Shown piece by piece: positions 8,095 through 17,142 of a stretch of DNA of 32,000 nt. The stretch comes from Clostridia bacterium. GTDB taxonomy: Bacteria > Bacillota > Clostridia > TANB77 > RGIG9151. The notes below the pieces were generated by a model that did not search any database, was not told where the DNA came from, and worked only from the letters and a program-made list of their open reading frames with translations. Position numbers and translations under genes: made by a program. Every line of letters starts with the position of its first letter. Within the stretch, counting starts at the first letter, position 1. Where the stretch lies: positions 39,038 to 71,037 of the forward strand of contig JAFSUW010000027.1 of NCBI GenBank assembly GCA_017450465.1, in the 5' to 3' direction.

Positions 8095-11000
8095 ATGAAA
8101 AGATTTTTAGCAGTGTTTTTAGTATTATTAATAGCATTTAATTCAGTAAGTGTTTCACAAGCAAGCTTTATACATGATATATTAGACCAGGATTTAGGTA
8201 ATGCCGGTAATTTAAGTTATGAAGACAATATGGCACCTCCTAATACTATTCTTGATGCGGTAGCAGATAATACCTTTACAGAAGTAATGTCTGGTATAAT
8301 AAAAACTGTTTATGAAGTAATTTTCTTTATACCTAAGATGCTTATATCATGGTTTTTAAAAATGGTATTAAAGGTGCTTCCATCAATGGAAGATATAGTA
8401 TTTTCTAATTCATGGAGTATATGGGGGCAAGCATTTAGATTAACATTCTTTGATAATCAAGATACATTTAGTATTGCCTCAGGTTTTAGAAGTTCTGTTT
8501 CAGCACTTTATCAAGGTTTTAGATATATTGCAGTTGGATTTTTCTTAATAGTTATATCTGTACTTGGTATAAAGATATTAATTGCATCAATTGGTGCGCA
8601 AAAAGCAAGATATAAGGAACTATTAAAACATTGGGTAGTAGGTTTACTACTTCTAGTATGTTTTCACTGGGTAATGATGTTTTCAATAGACTTAAATAAT
8701 TATTTTGTAAGAGTATTAGTTAGTGTAAAAGATAAAATATATACTTTTAATAATACATATGATGGTTGGATTGGACAAGCAATGAGCAATATAGATGGCC
8801 TAACAGATGCTATGTCTGATGCTGAGGGAAAACTTACTAATCTTGCTGGAGGTATAAGTCTTACTACATATTTTGCTGCATCTGCTTCAGTAAATATATT
8901 AAACCCAATTGGTATAATTTTAGACCTTGTTGCACTTGGAACATTTATTTATATTAATTTCCAAGTAGTTGCAGTATATGTTAAAAGGGTTATAGTAGTA
9001 GCAGTTTTGATAATACTATTCCCTGTAGTAGCAGTATTTTATGTATTAGATAGATCAGGCCTTCATAAAGGAGATATATTTGGAACGTGGTGTAGGGAAT
9101 TCTTTGCGAATGTATTTATACAGACAATACACGCATTAATACTTGTAATATTACTTGCGTTTATGGAATCAAATGTTGCACAGTTCTTTATACAACTACC
9201 TTTTGTAGGTTTAATTTTCTATTTAATATTACTTAATATGTTATTCACAATTGAGAACATGGTTGAAAAAGTATTTAGCATGTCTGGTACAGCGACACTT
9301 GGAAAACCAGTAGATTTAGCAAAGACAGTAGCTCAGATGGGAACGGCAGGTATTATGTCCGGGAAGGCACTTAAGAAAGCTGGTTGGACAACAGGACAAA
9401 TGCTAAACCCATTTGGTACGAAAGAAACAAGAAAAGCATTTAATGAAGGACTTAAAGATATACCAGGAAGCACTATTGGTACAGCGAAAGATGCTGCTAA
9501 TGCTTTAGGAGATAAGTGGGGTGGCTCACGTAAAACTGCATTTGGTAGGGCACTAGGAACAGGTGCAGGTAAAGCAGTTGGTGCTGCAGGAGGATTTGTA
9601 GGTGGTGCTATTGGAAGTACTGCAAAGGCAATTACTTCTTCATCACAATTTATTGATATGCCTAAACAAGATCAACTTGCAATTGGTAAAGTAATAGCAA
9701 CAACAACAGGTGGATATGTAGGTGGACAAGTATTTGACCAAATGACGCAAGGTATGCGTAATACTAATGTTGATCCAGAATCATTAAAACGTATCGCAAA
9801 TGGTTCTACTAATGATTCCAAGGATACTAAAACCACCGAGAAAAATATCAAGATTACGCTTAGCAAGTTTAATGATAGTCAGTTTACAACAATGGCTGGT
9901 AAACTTGGATTGGGTGATCAATTTGGAACAAAAGAAAAATTATTTGAAAGATTAAATAGTGATAAGCCAGCTGAGCGTGCAGAGGCACTTAGAGCGGCTA
10001 AAGCAATTACACTTGGTTTAACAGATCGTGATTTAGATTCAACAACAATTAAGAACTTAATGGCAAGACCAGGTGATGCGGTAGGTGAGAGATTAGCTAT
10101 AAATGCAGCTGTTGCAGCTGAAAAAGAAAAAGCCGCTGCAAACTTCCAGTCAACAGAAGGCATTGAAATTGCTTATGGTATAAAAGGTAAGGGCATTAAA
10201 GAAATTGATGTTACAAATGGTAATGTCATTGTTTCTGGAACGAAGACAGATGATAGTGGTAATGTAATAGAAGGTACCGAAGTTAAGAAGGATGGTGTAA
10301 AAGCTATTCCTAAGGGCGAAACAGTTAAGGTTAAGACTGCTATTGGCGAAGGTAGTGAGGATAAAGAAGCGTTAGCAGAAACTTTAGCAAATGGTGGCTC
10401 ATTAAGTTCGATGCAGTCTATGAGCCATATTGGAGTAGCTAAGAAAGGTGAAGATGGTACTGTTACTACATTAGATGGTGTAAAACTAGACCAAGTAGTT
10501 GCAGCAAAAGCTATTGCCGAAGCAGCTGGTGGAGACAAGCATTTAACTGATGTAGGAGTAAAATTATATAATGGTGAAGAACTAGTTAAAGGTGATAAAG
10601 AAACATTCGAAACTGTAATTTCTGATAAGAGTAAACTAGGTGGCAAAAATGCTAGAAGTTTTGCAGGAGACATTGTTGCTGCTGGTGTTGAAAGTAAAGT
10701 TGGAGATTTTGAGTGTAAAATAGTTATGACAGATACAGAAAGTGCTTTACTAGACAAAGGATTAACTATATCTACTGACGAAGCACTTGCATTAGGACGT
10801 GTACCTATTACTGGAACATTGAGTGATGAAGATAGAACTACATATATGTCAGTATCAAAGAGAAAAGGACTTTCTAGAGAGCAAGCTTCTGTATGTGAAA
10901 AAGCTGGACGTGGCGAAGTGTTAACAGTAGAAGATGTAGATGCAGTTAATAAGGCAATACATGGTGAAACATTGACTGATGAAGAGAATGTAAGAGTAGA

Positions 11001-12084
11001 ACACATTTATACTTCTAAAGGAATAACAGGAGATGCAAGTTATGCTTTAGGAAAGGTAGTAAGACATGAGTCATTAGGCAGTAGAGATACAGGCGCATTA
11101 CAAGAATTAGTAATTAAACAGCAGCATGATGTTAGAGTATTAGAAAGCATACAAGTAGAACATGAGCAAGAAGTTGTTACATATGCTCAAGCACGGCAAA
11201 AACAAGAAGCAATAAATGTTGAAAAACAACAAAGAGAAGAAAGAATAAATGCTGAAACGCAACAAAGACAAGAAGTTGTTACTGTAATTGTTAAGAAATT
11301 AGGCGGACAGGCTTTATCAGAAGCTGAGCAAACAATTTATGAAACTGAAGTTACACCATTACTTACTGAAGAAGCATTATCTAGTCCAGACAGTATAGTA
11401 AGAAAAGCTGTTGCAAGTTATGTACATGACGAACGCGAACAAGAAACGGTAATAAGTACATTACAAGGCAAGGAATTAACTAATGAAGGTAGTGAAGTTG
11501 AAGCTGCTGAAGAGTTAAAGAGAAGAAATGGTGGTTACAGTATACCTCGTATTGTTAGTAATGCAGTTAGACATGATGCAACTGCAGCTACATTAAATAC
11601 ATTACAAGAAAGCGGCACCTTTACAGAGGATGCAATACCTGAAAGTGTGGTAATAGAAAATGTTACAGATGGCGTATATGAAATAGCGCAAAGATTAAAT
11701 ACAACTGTAGTAACATCAGGTGGAGGTTCATCAGGTGGAGGTTCATCAGGTGGTGGCTCATCAGGTGGTGGCTCATCAGGTGGTGGCTCATCTGGTAATG
11801 TAGATCCTGAACAGGTAAGACGTATAATGGAAGAACAAAGAGGACAGCAAGAGGAACGAAGAAGACAGGCAAGTGAAATGGCAGAAGCACATGAACAAGA
11901 AAAGATTAGAGAAACAGTACAAAAATTAAATGATAATGTAGATGGAAATCCAGAGGACTCTAATAATACACCAGAAGAGGAAGAAGAGGAAGATCCTATT
12001 GATGACAGTTTCATTTTCCATGATGATTTATATGATTCAGCTGACGGCGATGAAGATGACGACGACGACAACGACAATAAGTAG
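8095..12084 (+). CDS. VirB6/TrbL-like polytopic membrane protein with a ~900-aa C-terminal hydrophilic extension (1329 aa)
   Basis: Signal-like N-terminus and about 7-8 hydrophobic helices within aa ~60-400. The rest is a long soluble region: G/A-rich, then Q/E-rich coiled-coil-like, then (SGGGS)x5, then an acidic tail ending DDDDDNDNK. Its position after VirB4 matches TcpH/PrgH/ConG analogues. Confidence 0.6.
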   Translation: MKRFLAVFLVLLIAFNSVSVSQASFIHDILDQDLGNAGNLSYEDNMAPPNTILDAVADNTFTEVMSGIIKTVYEVIFFIPKMLISWFLKMVLKVLPSMEDIVFSNSWSIWGQAFRLTFFDNQDTFSIASGFRSSVSALYQGFRYIAVGFFLIVISVLGIKILIASIGAQKARYKELLKHWVVGLLLLVCFHWVMMFSIDLNNYFVRVLVSVKDKIYTFNNTYDGWIGQAMSNIDGLTDAMSDAEGKLTNLAGGISLTTYFAASASVNILNPIGIILDLVALGTFIYINFQVVAVYVKRVIVVAVLIILFPVVAVFYVLDRSGLHKGDIFGTWCREFFANVFIQTIHALILVILLAFMESNVAQFFIQLPFVGLIFYLILLNMLFTIENMVEKVFSMSGTATLGKPVDLAKTVAQMGTAGIMSGKALKKAGWTTGQMLNPFGTKETRKAFNEGLKDIPGSTIGTAKDAANALGDKWGGSRKTAFGRALGTGAGKAVGAAGGFVGGAIGSTAKAITSSSQFIDMPKQDQLAIGKVIATTTGGYVGGQVFDQMTQGMRNTNVDPESLKRIANGSTNDSKDTKTTEKNIKITLSKFNDSQFTTMAGKLGLGDQFGTKEKLFERLNSDKPAERAEALRAAKAITLGLTDRDLDSTTIKNLMARPGDAVGERLAINAAVAAEKEKAAANFQSTEGIEIAYGIKGKGIKEIDVTNGNVIVSGTKTDDSGNVIEGTEVKKDGVKAIPKGETVKVKTAIGEGSEDKEALAETLANGGSLSSMQSMSHIGVAKKGEDGTVTTLDGVKLDQVVAAKAIAEAAGGDKHLTDVGVKLYNGEELVKGDKETFETVISDKSKLGGKNARSFAGDIVAAGVESKVGDFECKIVMTDTESALLDKGLTISTDEALALGRVPITGTLSDEDRTTYMSVSKRKGLSREQASVCEKAGRGEVLTVEDVDAVNKAIHGETLTDEENVRVEHIYTSKGITGDASYALGKVVRHESLGSRDTGALQELVIKQQHDVRVLESIQVEHEQEVVTYAQARQKQEAINVEKQQREERINAETQQRQEVVTVIVKKLGGQALSEAEQTIYETEVTPLLTEEALSSPDSIVRKAVASYVHDEREQETVISTLQGKELTNEGSEVEAAEELKRRNGGYSIPRIVSNAVRHDATAATLNTLQESGTFTEDAIPESVVIENVTDGVYEIAQRLNTTVVTSGGGSSGGGSSGGGSSGGGSSGGGSSGNVDPEQVRRIMEEQRGQQEERRRQASEMAEAHEQEKIRETVQKLNDNVDGNPEDSNNTPEEEEEEDPIDDSFIFHDDLYDSADGDEDDDDDNDNK
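11716..11796 (+). repeat. in-frame 15-bp tandem repeat x5.4 encoding (SGGGS)n
   Basis: TCAGGTGGAGGTTCA x2, then TCAGGTGGTGGCTCA x3, then a partial unit. Perfect periodicity, in frame with the 8095 ORF. Confidence 0.95.
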
Positions 12085-12138
12085 TAGTATGTAGAACAAT
12101 TTAATTCTTGAAATGGACGTAGATATAATAAAAAGTAA

Positions 12139-12168
12139 GGGGGAGTGTCCATTTGGCACTCCCTTTTT
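12139..12168 (+). terminator. intrinsic terminator inside the T4SS operon
   Basis: GGGAGTG (12141-12147) / CACTCCC (12157-12163) plus an inner CC/GG pair, followed by TTTTT (12164-12168). It ends 3 nt before the RBS (12172-12178) and 16 nt before the ATG (12185) of the next gene. Confidence 0.75.
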
Positions 12169-12184
12169 ATAAGAGGTGAGAATA

Positions 12185-15100
12185 ATGAGTGAAAAAGACA
12201 AAGACAATGTAAAAATTGATTTAGACGATGACTTAGCAAAAGATTATAAGATACAAATAGATGGAGAAAGTGATAGTGGTAACGACAGTGATTCTACCTC
12301 TAAAGATGAAAGTAATAAAAAACCAAATGAACGTGAAAATGTAGAACCAGATGAAGGTGGCGTGGGTAATGCCGCAAAGCAAGAAGCAGAGAAAACCGAT
12401 GCTTCAAAAGGCACACCTAAAGATAGTGCAGATAGTGAACCACAAAATGCTGGTGATAATAATATAGCTCCAGAAATTCAAAAGGGAGAGCAACAAGATA
12501 ATAGTGCATCTCAGAATGAAGCAAATGAAGGTACTAATGTAGAGGAACCTTCTAATAATGATGCATCAAATAATAATCAAGAAGATAATAGTCGTCAAGA
12601 TAATAATCAAAATGATAATGACAAAGATAGTGATGATAGAAAAGACGATAATCAAGATGACCAAAAAGATGACAAGAAAAAAGATGACAATGACCAAGAT
12701 GACGATCAGAAGAAGGATGATAAGAAAGACGATAAAAAAGATGACGATAAAAAAGATGACGACAAAAAGGATGACAAAAAAGACGATAAAAAAGACGATA
12801 AGGAAGAGAAAAAGAAAGACGATAAGAAAGACGACAAAAAAGATAAAAATAAGAAAGATAAAGGTAAAAAGAAAGATGAAGGCGGAAAGAAAGGTGGAAA
12901 TAAAGGCGGTAAACCTAACGGAGGCGGAGAAGAAGCCGGTAAAGAGGCAGGTAAAGAAGCCGGTAAAGAAGCAAGTAAAGAAGCTGGTAAAGAAGCCGCT
13001 AAAGAAGCCGGTAAAGAAGCAGCCAAAGGTGCTGCTGAAGGAGCCGCTGAAAGTGGAGGAGCCGCTGCTGGAGGAGGGGCCGCTGCAGGAGGAGCTGCTG
13101 CTGGAGGAGCTGCTGCAGGAGGAGCTGCCACTGGAGCCGCTGCTACTGCTGGAACAGCTGCAGTAGGAGCATCAACAGCGGGTATTGGTTTAATTGTAAT
13201 AGGAATAATAAAAATTTTAAAATGGTTATGGAAGCAACCATGGTTTAAAGGTTTATTATTGTTACTTGCAGCAATGTTAGTATTAGGTTTAATAATAGGT
13301 CCGGTTGCTATATTTGCTATTCTTTATGTATTTGTAGGATGGCTTGGTAATCTATGGAATGGAATTATTGATACAAACTTAAAACTGTATGATAATTTAA
13401 CTTTTGGTATATTTGACTTTGAAAATAAGCATCAAGCAAGTAAGTATATTGGATATTTAGATGCTGATGACGAAGATTTAAGTGAGGAAGAAAAACATGT
13501 AAAGTCAATGTTAGAGGATATGGAACTTATTTCTAAGGACTATATACTCGATTTATATCAAGTTGGAACAGATGATTTAGCAATAGAGGCCTTTGGTTTA
13601 TTGAAACCAGATTTAGAGGATGTATATTTTGGGAAGCTCGAAGAGTTAAAAACTATAAAGGGTGTTACTGTAACACAAGATGATTTAGAGACTTTCTATG
13701 ATAGAACGGAAGATTATTATTTTGAAGAAGAAACTGTAGAGGCATTAAAAAATTATTTTAATAAAGATACAATAAACATAGTTGGTTTTGAACCTGATAA
13801 ATTATTTAGGAAAAAATATAAAAATAAAAAATATAATGAACTTAGTGAGGACCAGCAAAAAGAAGAACTACGTCACTTTTTAACTTCACAAGTTTATGTA
13901 TATGTAAATGTTGAAAATACTTTTTGGGAAGGAAATGGTGATAAAGATTTAGGAGTAACAGACTGGATAGCAGGTGTGGTAGGTGTAGTAGAAGGAACAT
14001 CTCTTTCAGTTGTTAATCCAGTACTTGGTGCAGCAGTTACTGGAGCCAGTGTGCAAGATTTAATAGCTGAAGGCATTTTAGATAATGATGGTATAAAGCA
14101 AACGGGTTACAGGGTAATAGAAAATGAGACATATAACCCAACGTTTAGTTATGTAGATGGTAAATTGTCGGATCGATATTCAGATTACAAAAAATGTGAT
14201 CCAAACATGAAGATAATAACATGGGGACCATTAAGTGATACACTTGCAGATTTAATTGAAGCAGCATATAGTGCTTTTGATAAAATTGATCCGGATGAGA
14301 AATATGAAAGAAACTTAATAGCACGTCAAGAATTATTTACATTTTCTCTTTTCTATACTGAGGAAGAAAAAGATTCAGATGGTAATGTAACGCAAGAAGA
14401 AGATGCAGACTTAGATGATGTTGATTCATCTGGAAAACATCAGCCAGGAACAAGTTATATAGATGAGGAATTAACTGCAGATGCAGTAAGAGGTAGAGAT
14501 GGAGTAGGCGCAATTGTATGTATGGATGTTGTTTTAGGTGATTCTGAGACAATTAAACAATTAAAAGAAGAATATCCTGATTTATATGCCCGCTATAAAG
14601 AGTATAAAAATTCCAAAAATCCTGAAGCGTTAGCTCAAGAAAAAGGTTGGGATTTTGCAGCAGATAGATTAAAACTTGCGGAGTATGGCATTACATTTTT
14701 GGATGAACGTGAATTAGTAAAGCAATATGGTATTCCAAGTGCTTCTGCATTCTTTATGCCACTTCAAGAATCTACGAGGAATATCCCATTTGTTGTTGCA
14801 CTTGCTGCATCTATGCGTGATACAAAAATGTTACTTACAGGAATAGGCGATAAAGATAGTATAGAGTATATGTATAATGAAACAAGGACAGAGAAAATTA
14901 CAAATACTAACGATGGTAAACGTGGTGGCTTAACAATTACCTTATTTGGTAAGGAGATTGAAATTATTCCTGGTGAAAATGGTTTACCAAAAGAAACCCA
15001 TGAGATGACAATAACGCGTACTCCTGTTCGTGAAGTAGCAGCAGTAGATTTGTGGGATATAAAGATGGTAAATAACTATACGCTTAATACCACAACAACA

Positions 15101-15871
15101 AATAACCCTGATGGGAGTACAACTACTGAATTAAAATGGGAAGTAGTAGATCAAGAAATAGAATATAAAGATACTGCATTTCAAATGATTAAAGATTTTA
15201 ATGTAAAACCAGAAGATTTAGGTATATATGAAGAATTAGTAGGAAGACCATTTGTAAATGCTGCAAGTTATGAAAAACTTATGGAAGATTCAGAACTTGC
15301 TGAAACTTGGGGCAGTTATTTTGGTAAAGGTGAAATAAGCTGGCCAATGGATGAGTATAGAGAACATACGACATATGCAGGACATGGAGAAGCTTGGGAC
15401 TTTTCAACACATAAACAAATAGGTATACCTGTAAGAGCTGTAAAAGATGGTGTAATTGTTCAACAGATTACAACAAAGACAGACCATGGTGCTTATGAAA
15501 ATGGAATAGGTAATTATCCAGGCAATGAAAGCTTAGGAAATTATATAATTGTTTATCACGATGAAGATTCTACATATAGTTTATATGCGCATTTAACCAA
15601 CACTAAAGGGTTCCCATTTAATGTTGGAGATAAAGTAAGTGAAGGACAAGTTATAGGTTATTCTGGACATACTGGTAATTCTTCAGGACCACACTTACAC
15701 TTTGAATATAGGAAGGGTTCAAAACTAAATTCATATACAGACTATGCAGGACAGTTCTGGACTGCTACACCACTTCGTTTAGCTAACTACTTAGGAAATA
15801 AAGCAGCAAATCCAGAAACACCAGGAACACCAGGAACACCAACCACTCCATCAGATGAAGACGATATTTAA
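12185..15871 (+). CDS. membrane protein with C-terminal M23 (LytM-type) peptidoglycan endopeptidase domain, T4SS cell-wall hydrolase candidate (1228 aa)
   Basis: Start set at ATG 12185 with AGAGGTG RBS. The N-terminal ~330 aa are low complexity. TM helices occur around GIGLIVIGIIKIL and LLLLLAAMLVLGLIIGPVAIFAILYVFVGWL. The C-terminal M23 motifs are GHGEAWDF...SLYAHL...GYSGHTGNSSGPHLHFEY. Confidence 0.85.
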   Translation: MSEKDKDNVKIDLDDDLAKDYKIQIDGESDSGNDSDSTSKDESNKKPNERENVEPDEGGVGNAAKQEAEKTDASKGTPKDSADSEPQNAGDNNIAPEIQKGEQQDNSASQNEANEGTNVEEPSNNDASNNNQEDNSRQDNNQNDNDKDSDDRKDDNQDDQKDDKKKDDNDQDDDQKKDDKKDDKKDDDKKDDDKKDDKKDDKKDDKEEKKKDDKKDDKKDKNKKDKGKKKDEGGKKGGNKGGKPNGGGEEAGKEAGKEAGKEASKEAGKEAAKEAGKEAAKGAAEGAAESGGAAAGGGAAAGGAAAGGAAAGGAATGAAATAGTAAVGASTAGIGLIVIGIIKILKWLWKQPWFKGLLLLLAAMLVLGLIIGPVAIFAILYVFVGWLGNLWNGIIDTNLKLYDNLTFGIFDFENKHQASKYIGYLDADDEDLSEEEKHVKSMLEDMELISKDYILDLYQVGTDDLAIEAFGLLKPDLEDVYFGKLEELKTIKGVTVTQDDLETFYDRTEDYYFEEETVEALKNYFNKDTINIVGFEPDKLFRKKYKNKKYNELSEDQQKEELRHFLTSQVYVYVNVENTFWEGNGDKDLGVTDWIAGVVGVVEGTSLSVVNPVLGAAVTGASVQDLIAEGILDNDGIKQTGYRVIENETYNPTFSYVDGKLSDRYSDYKKCDPNMKIITWGPLSDTLADLIEAAYSAFDKIDPDEKYERNLIARQELFTFSLFYTEEEKDSDGNVTQEEDADLDDVDSSGKHQPGTSYIDEELTADAVRGRDGVGAIVCMDVVLGDSETIKQLKEEYPDLYARYKEYKNSKNPEALAQEKGWDFAADRLKLAEYGITFLDERELVKQYGIPSASAFFMPLQESTRNIPFVVALAASMRDTKMLLTGIGDKDSIEYMYNETRTEKITNTNDGKRGGLTITLFGKEIEIIPGENGLPKETHEMTITRTPVREVAAVDLWDIKMVNNYTLNTTTTNNPDGSTTTELKWEVVDQEIEYKDTAFQMIKDFNVKPEDLGIYEELVGRPFVNAASYEKLMEDSELAETWGSYFGKGEISWPMDEYREHTTYAGHGEAWDFSTHKQIGIPVRAVKDGVIVQQITTKTDHGAYENGIGNYPGNESLGNYIIVYHDEDSTYSLYAHLTNTKGFPFNVGDKVSEGQVIGYSGHTGNSSGPHLHFEYRKGSKLNSYTDYAGQFWTATPLRLANYLGNKAANPETPGTPGTPTTPSDEDDI
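12935..13030 (+). repeat. in-frame 12-bp tandem repeat x8 encoding (A-G/S/A-K-E)n
   Basis: GCCGGTAAAGAG-type units read off directly. They translate as AGKE AGKE AGKE ASKE AGKE AAKE AGKE AAKG. A KKDD-rich block (~12655-12880) lies upstream and a poly-Ala/Gly block (~13030-13170) downstream. Confidence 0.9.
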
Positions 15872-15873
15872 GT

Positions 15874-15902
15874 TGTAGGGGCGAGTGTCATTGCTCGCCC
15901 GT
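15874..15902 (+). repeat. 29-nt GC-rich hairpin element, copy A
   Basis: TGTAGGGGCGAGT-GTCATTG-CTCGCCCGT. The stem is GGGCGAG/CTCGCCC. The element is 26/29 identical to 19545-19573. It lies 3 nt after the M23 gene stop and has no U-run. Confidence 0.6.
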
Positions 15903-15928
15903 AAAATCTTTCATAAAGGAGATAAATT

Positions 15929-16387
15929 ATGAAAAAAGTTCTAGAAATCATAGTGATTGCTTCTCTAATGTTATTCATTATTCTGGCAAGTGTTGCGATA
16001 AGATTAAACATCTATAATACACCTAAAGAAAAGCCAGAAGAAGAGATAAGTGAAGAAGAAGTAATTAATATTGTAAATAATACTGTACAAAAGAAAAAAT
16101 GGATAACTCTTACTGAAAATGATAAAATAACACTTGCTTTTGAATCTGAAACTGACAATATATCAGAAGTAAAACAATACTTAAAAGATAATAAACCAGC
16201 CATTTTTTATGTATATGGTGGCCCATTTGATGCAAAAATGGAGGGCAAGTACATTATATGTAATGGCTTTGATAATAAAGGTAATGCAAAGATTTATTAT
16301 GACACAGATAACTACCAAGAGGAGTATAAGTACACTTTTGAGGGGCTTATAGAATTTACCGAGAGAGTACTTATGTTTGAAATTTAG
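15929..16387 (+). CDS. hypothetical bitopic membrane protein (152 aa)
   Basis: AAAGGAG RBS, one N-terminal TM helix, an acidic linker, and a small C-terminal domain I cannot assign. Confidence 0.55.
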   Translation: MKKVLEIIVIASLMLFIILASVAIRLNIYNTPKEKPEEEISEEEVINIVNNTVQKKKWITLTENDKITLAFESETDNISEVKQYLKDNKPAIFYVYGGPFDAKMEGKYIICNGFDNKGNAKIYYDTDNYQEEYKYTFEGLIEFTERVLMFEI

Positions 16388-16404
16388 TATGAGGAGGTAG
16401 TAAT

Positions 16405-17127
16405 ATGTATATTGATAGAGATAAAGTATTATATGGCATGGCAATTGCCCTTGTTGTATTATGTGCCATATTTTTAGGATATGATATATGGAAAGTTGCG
16501 AAAGTAGAAGTGGGTTATCTTGAGACTACGACAAATTCAAGAGTTTCAGTTAGTAAATCAAAAAAAGAATTAAAATATAAACCAACAAATAATGTAGTAG
16601 AGCATGGAGATGAAATATTTGAAGCAGTAAAAGAAGTGGCATTTTCATTAAATAGTACAAAAAAAGGTAGTACAAATACTTTAGAAATAAAGAACATTCA
16701 AAAGATTCAAGAATATTTTTTGGAATATAAAAAATATTTGGTTGTAAAGTATAAATTAATAAATATTATTGAGGATATACCAAATCTTTATAGGGCAACA
16801 TCTGGCGCAAGCAACGAGTCGAAAACACAGTATTTTTTAAATAATAAGGATAAAATCGAAAAGATTTATGGTATAAAAGACAAAGACACATTTGTAGATT
16901 TTGCAAATACATTAGGGAATTTTAATAATGGTAGAGTAGTATCAGCGTCTATAAGAATTTCATCAATTGTGTTTGATGTAGATAATCATGATTTGATGTT
17001 TAATTTTGTACTATTTAGTAGTAAGGATAAATATATAGAATATGCTGTTACATCTAGTTATTATGACTTTACAGATAATCAGGTTGCTCCATTTGTTGCA
17101 ATAAGAACGATGGAAGATTTTGATTAG
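16405..17127 (+). CDS. hypothetical bitopic membrane protein (240 aa)
   Basis: GAGGAGG RBS and one N-terminal TM helix (GMAIALVVLCAIFLGY). The position is consistent with a VirB8/TcpC-type component, but no motif supports that. Confidence 0.5.
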   Translation: MYIDRDKVLYGMAIALVVLCAIFLGYDIWKVAKVEVGYLETTTNSRVSVSKSKKELKYKPTNNVVEHGDEIFEAVKEVAFSLNSTKKGSTNTLEIKNIQKIQEYFLEYKKYLVVKYKLINIIEDIPNLYRATSGASNESKTQYFLNNKDKIEKIYGIKDKDTFVDFANTLGNFNNGRVVSASIRISSIVFDVDNHDLMFNFVLFSSKDKYIEYAVTSSYYDFTDNQVAPFVAIRTMEDFD

Positions 17128-17142
17128 TTTGGAGGAGTATAT

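Noticed and set aside
10173-11006. 277-aa ORF on the minus strand inside the VirB6-like gene
   Set aside because: It is antisense to a well-supported long CDS. The translation is S/T/P/L-rich low-complexity sequence typical of the reverse complement of a G/A/E/K-rich gene, and there is no RBS.
12108-12129. TTGAAA ... TATAAT as an internal promoter for the M23 gene
   Set aside because: The spacer is only 10 nt, and the pair lies upstream of the terminator hairpin.
11535-12239. 234-aa and 75-aa minus-strand ORFs over the repeat and acidic tail of the VirB6-like gene
   Set aside because: They are the mirror image of the (SGGGS)n and acidic repeats (PPPDE repeats, poly-Ser). They span the terminator and the next gene's start, so they are not credible genes.
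11716-13030. Short tandem repeats (15 bp and 12 bp) as a CRISPR array
   Set aside because: The repeats are contiguous with no spacers, in frame within CDSs, and far shorter than CRISPR repeats. There are no cas genes.
12558-13166. 202-aa plus-strand ORF (alternate frame) and 141-aa minus-strand ORF in the KKDD/AGKE region
   Set aside because: These are frame-shifted or antisense readings of low-complexity repeats within the M23 protein gene. They have no independent start signals.
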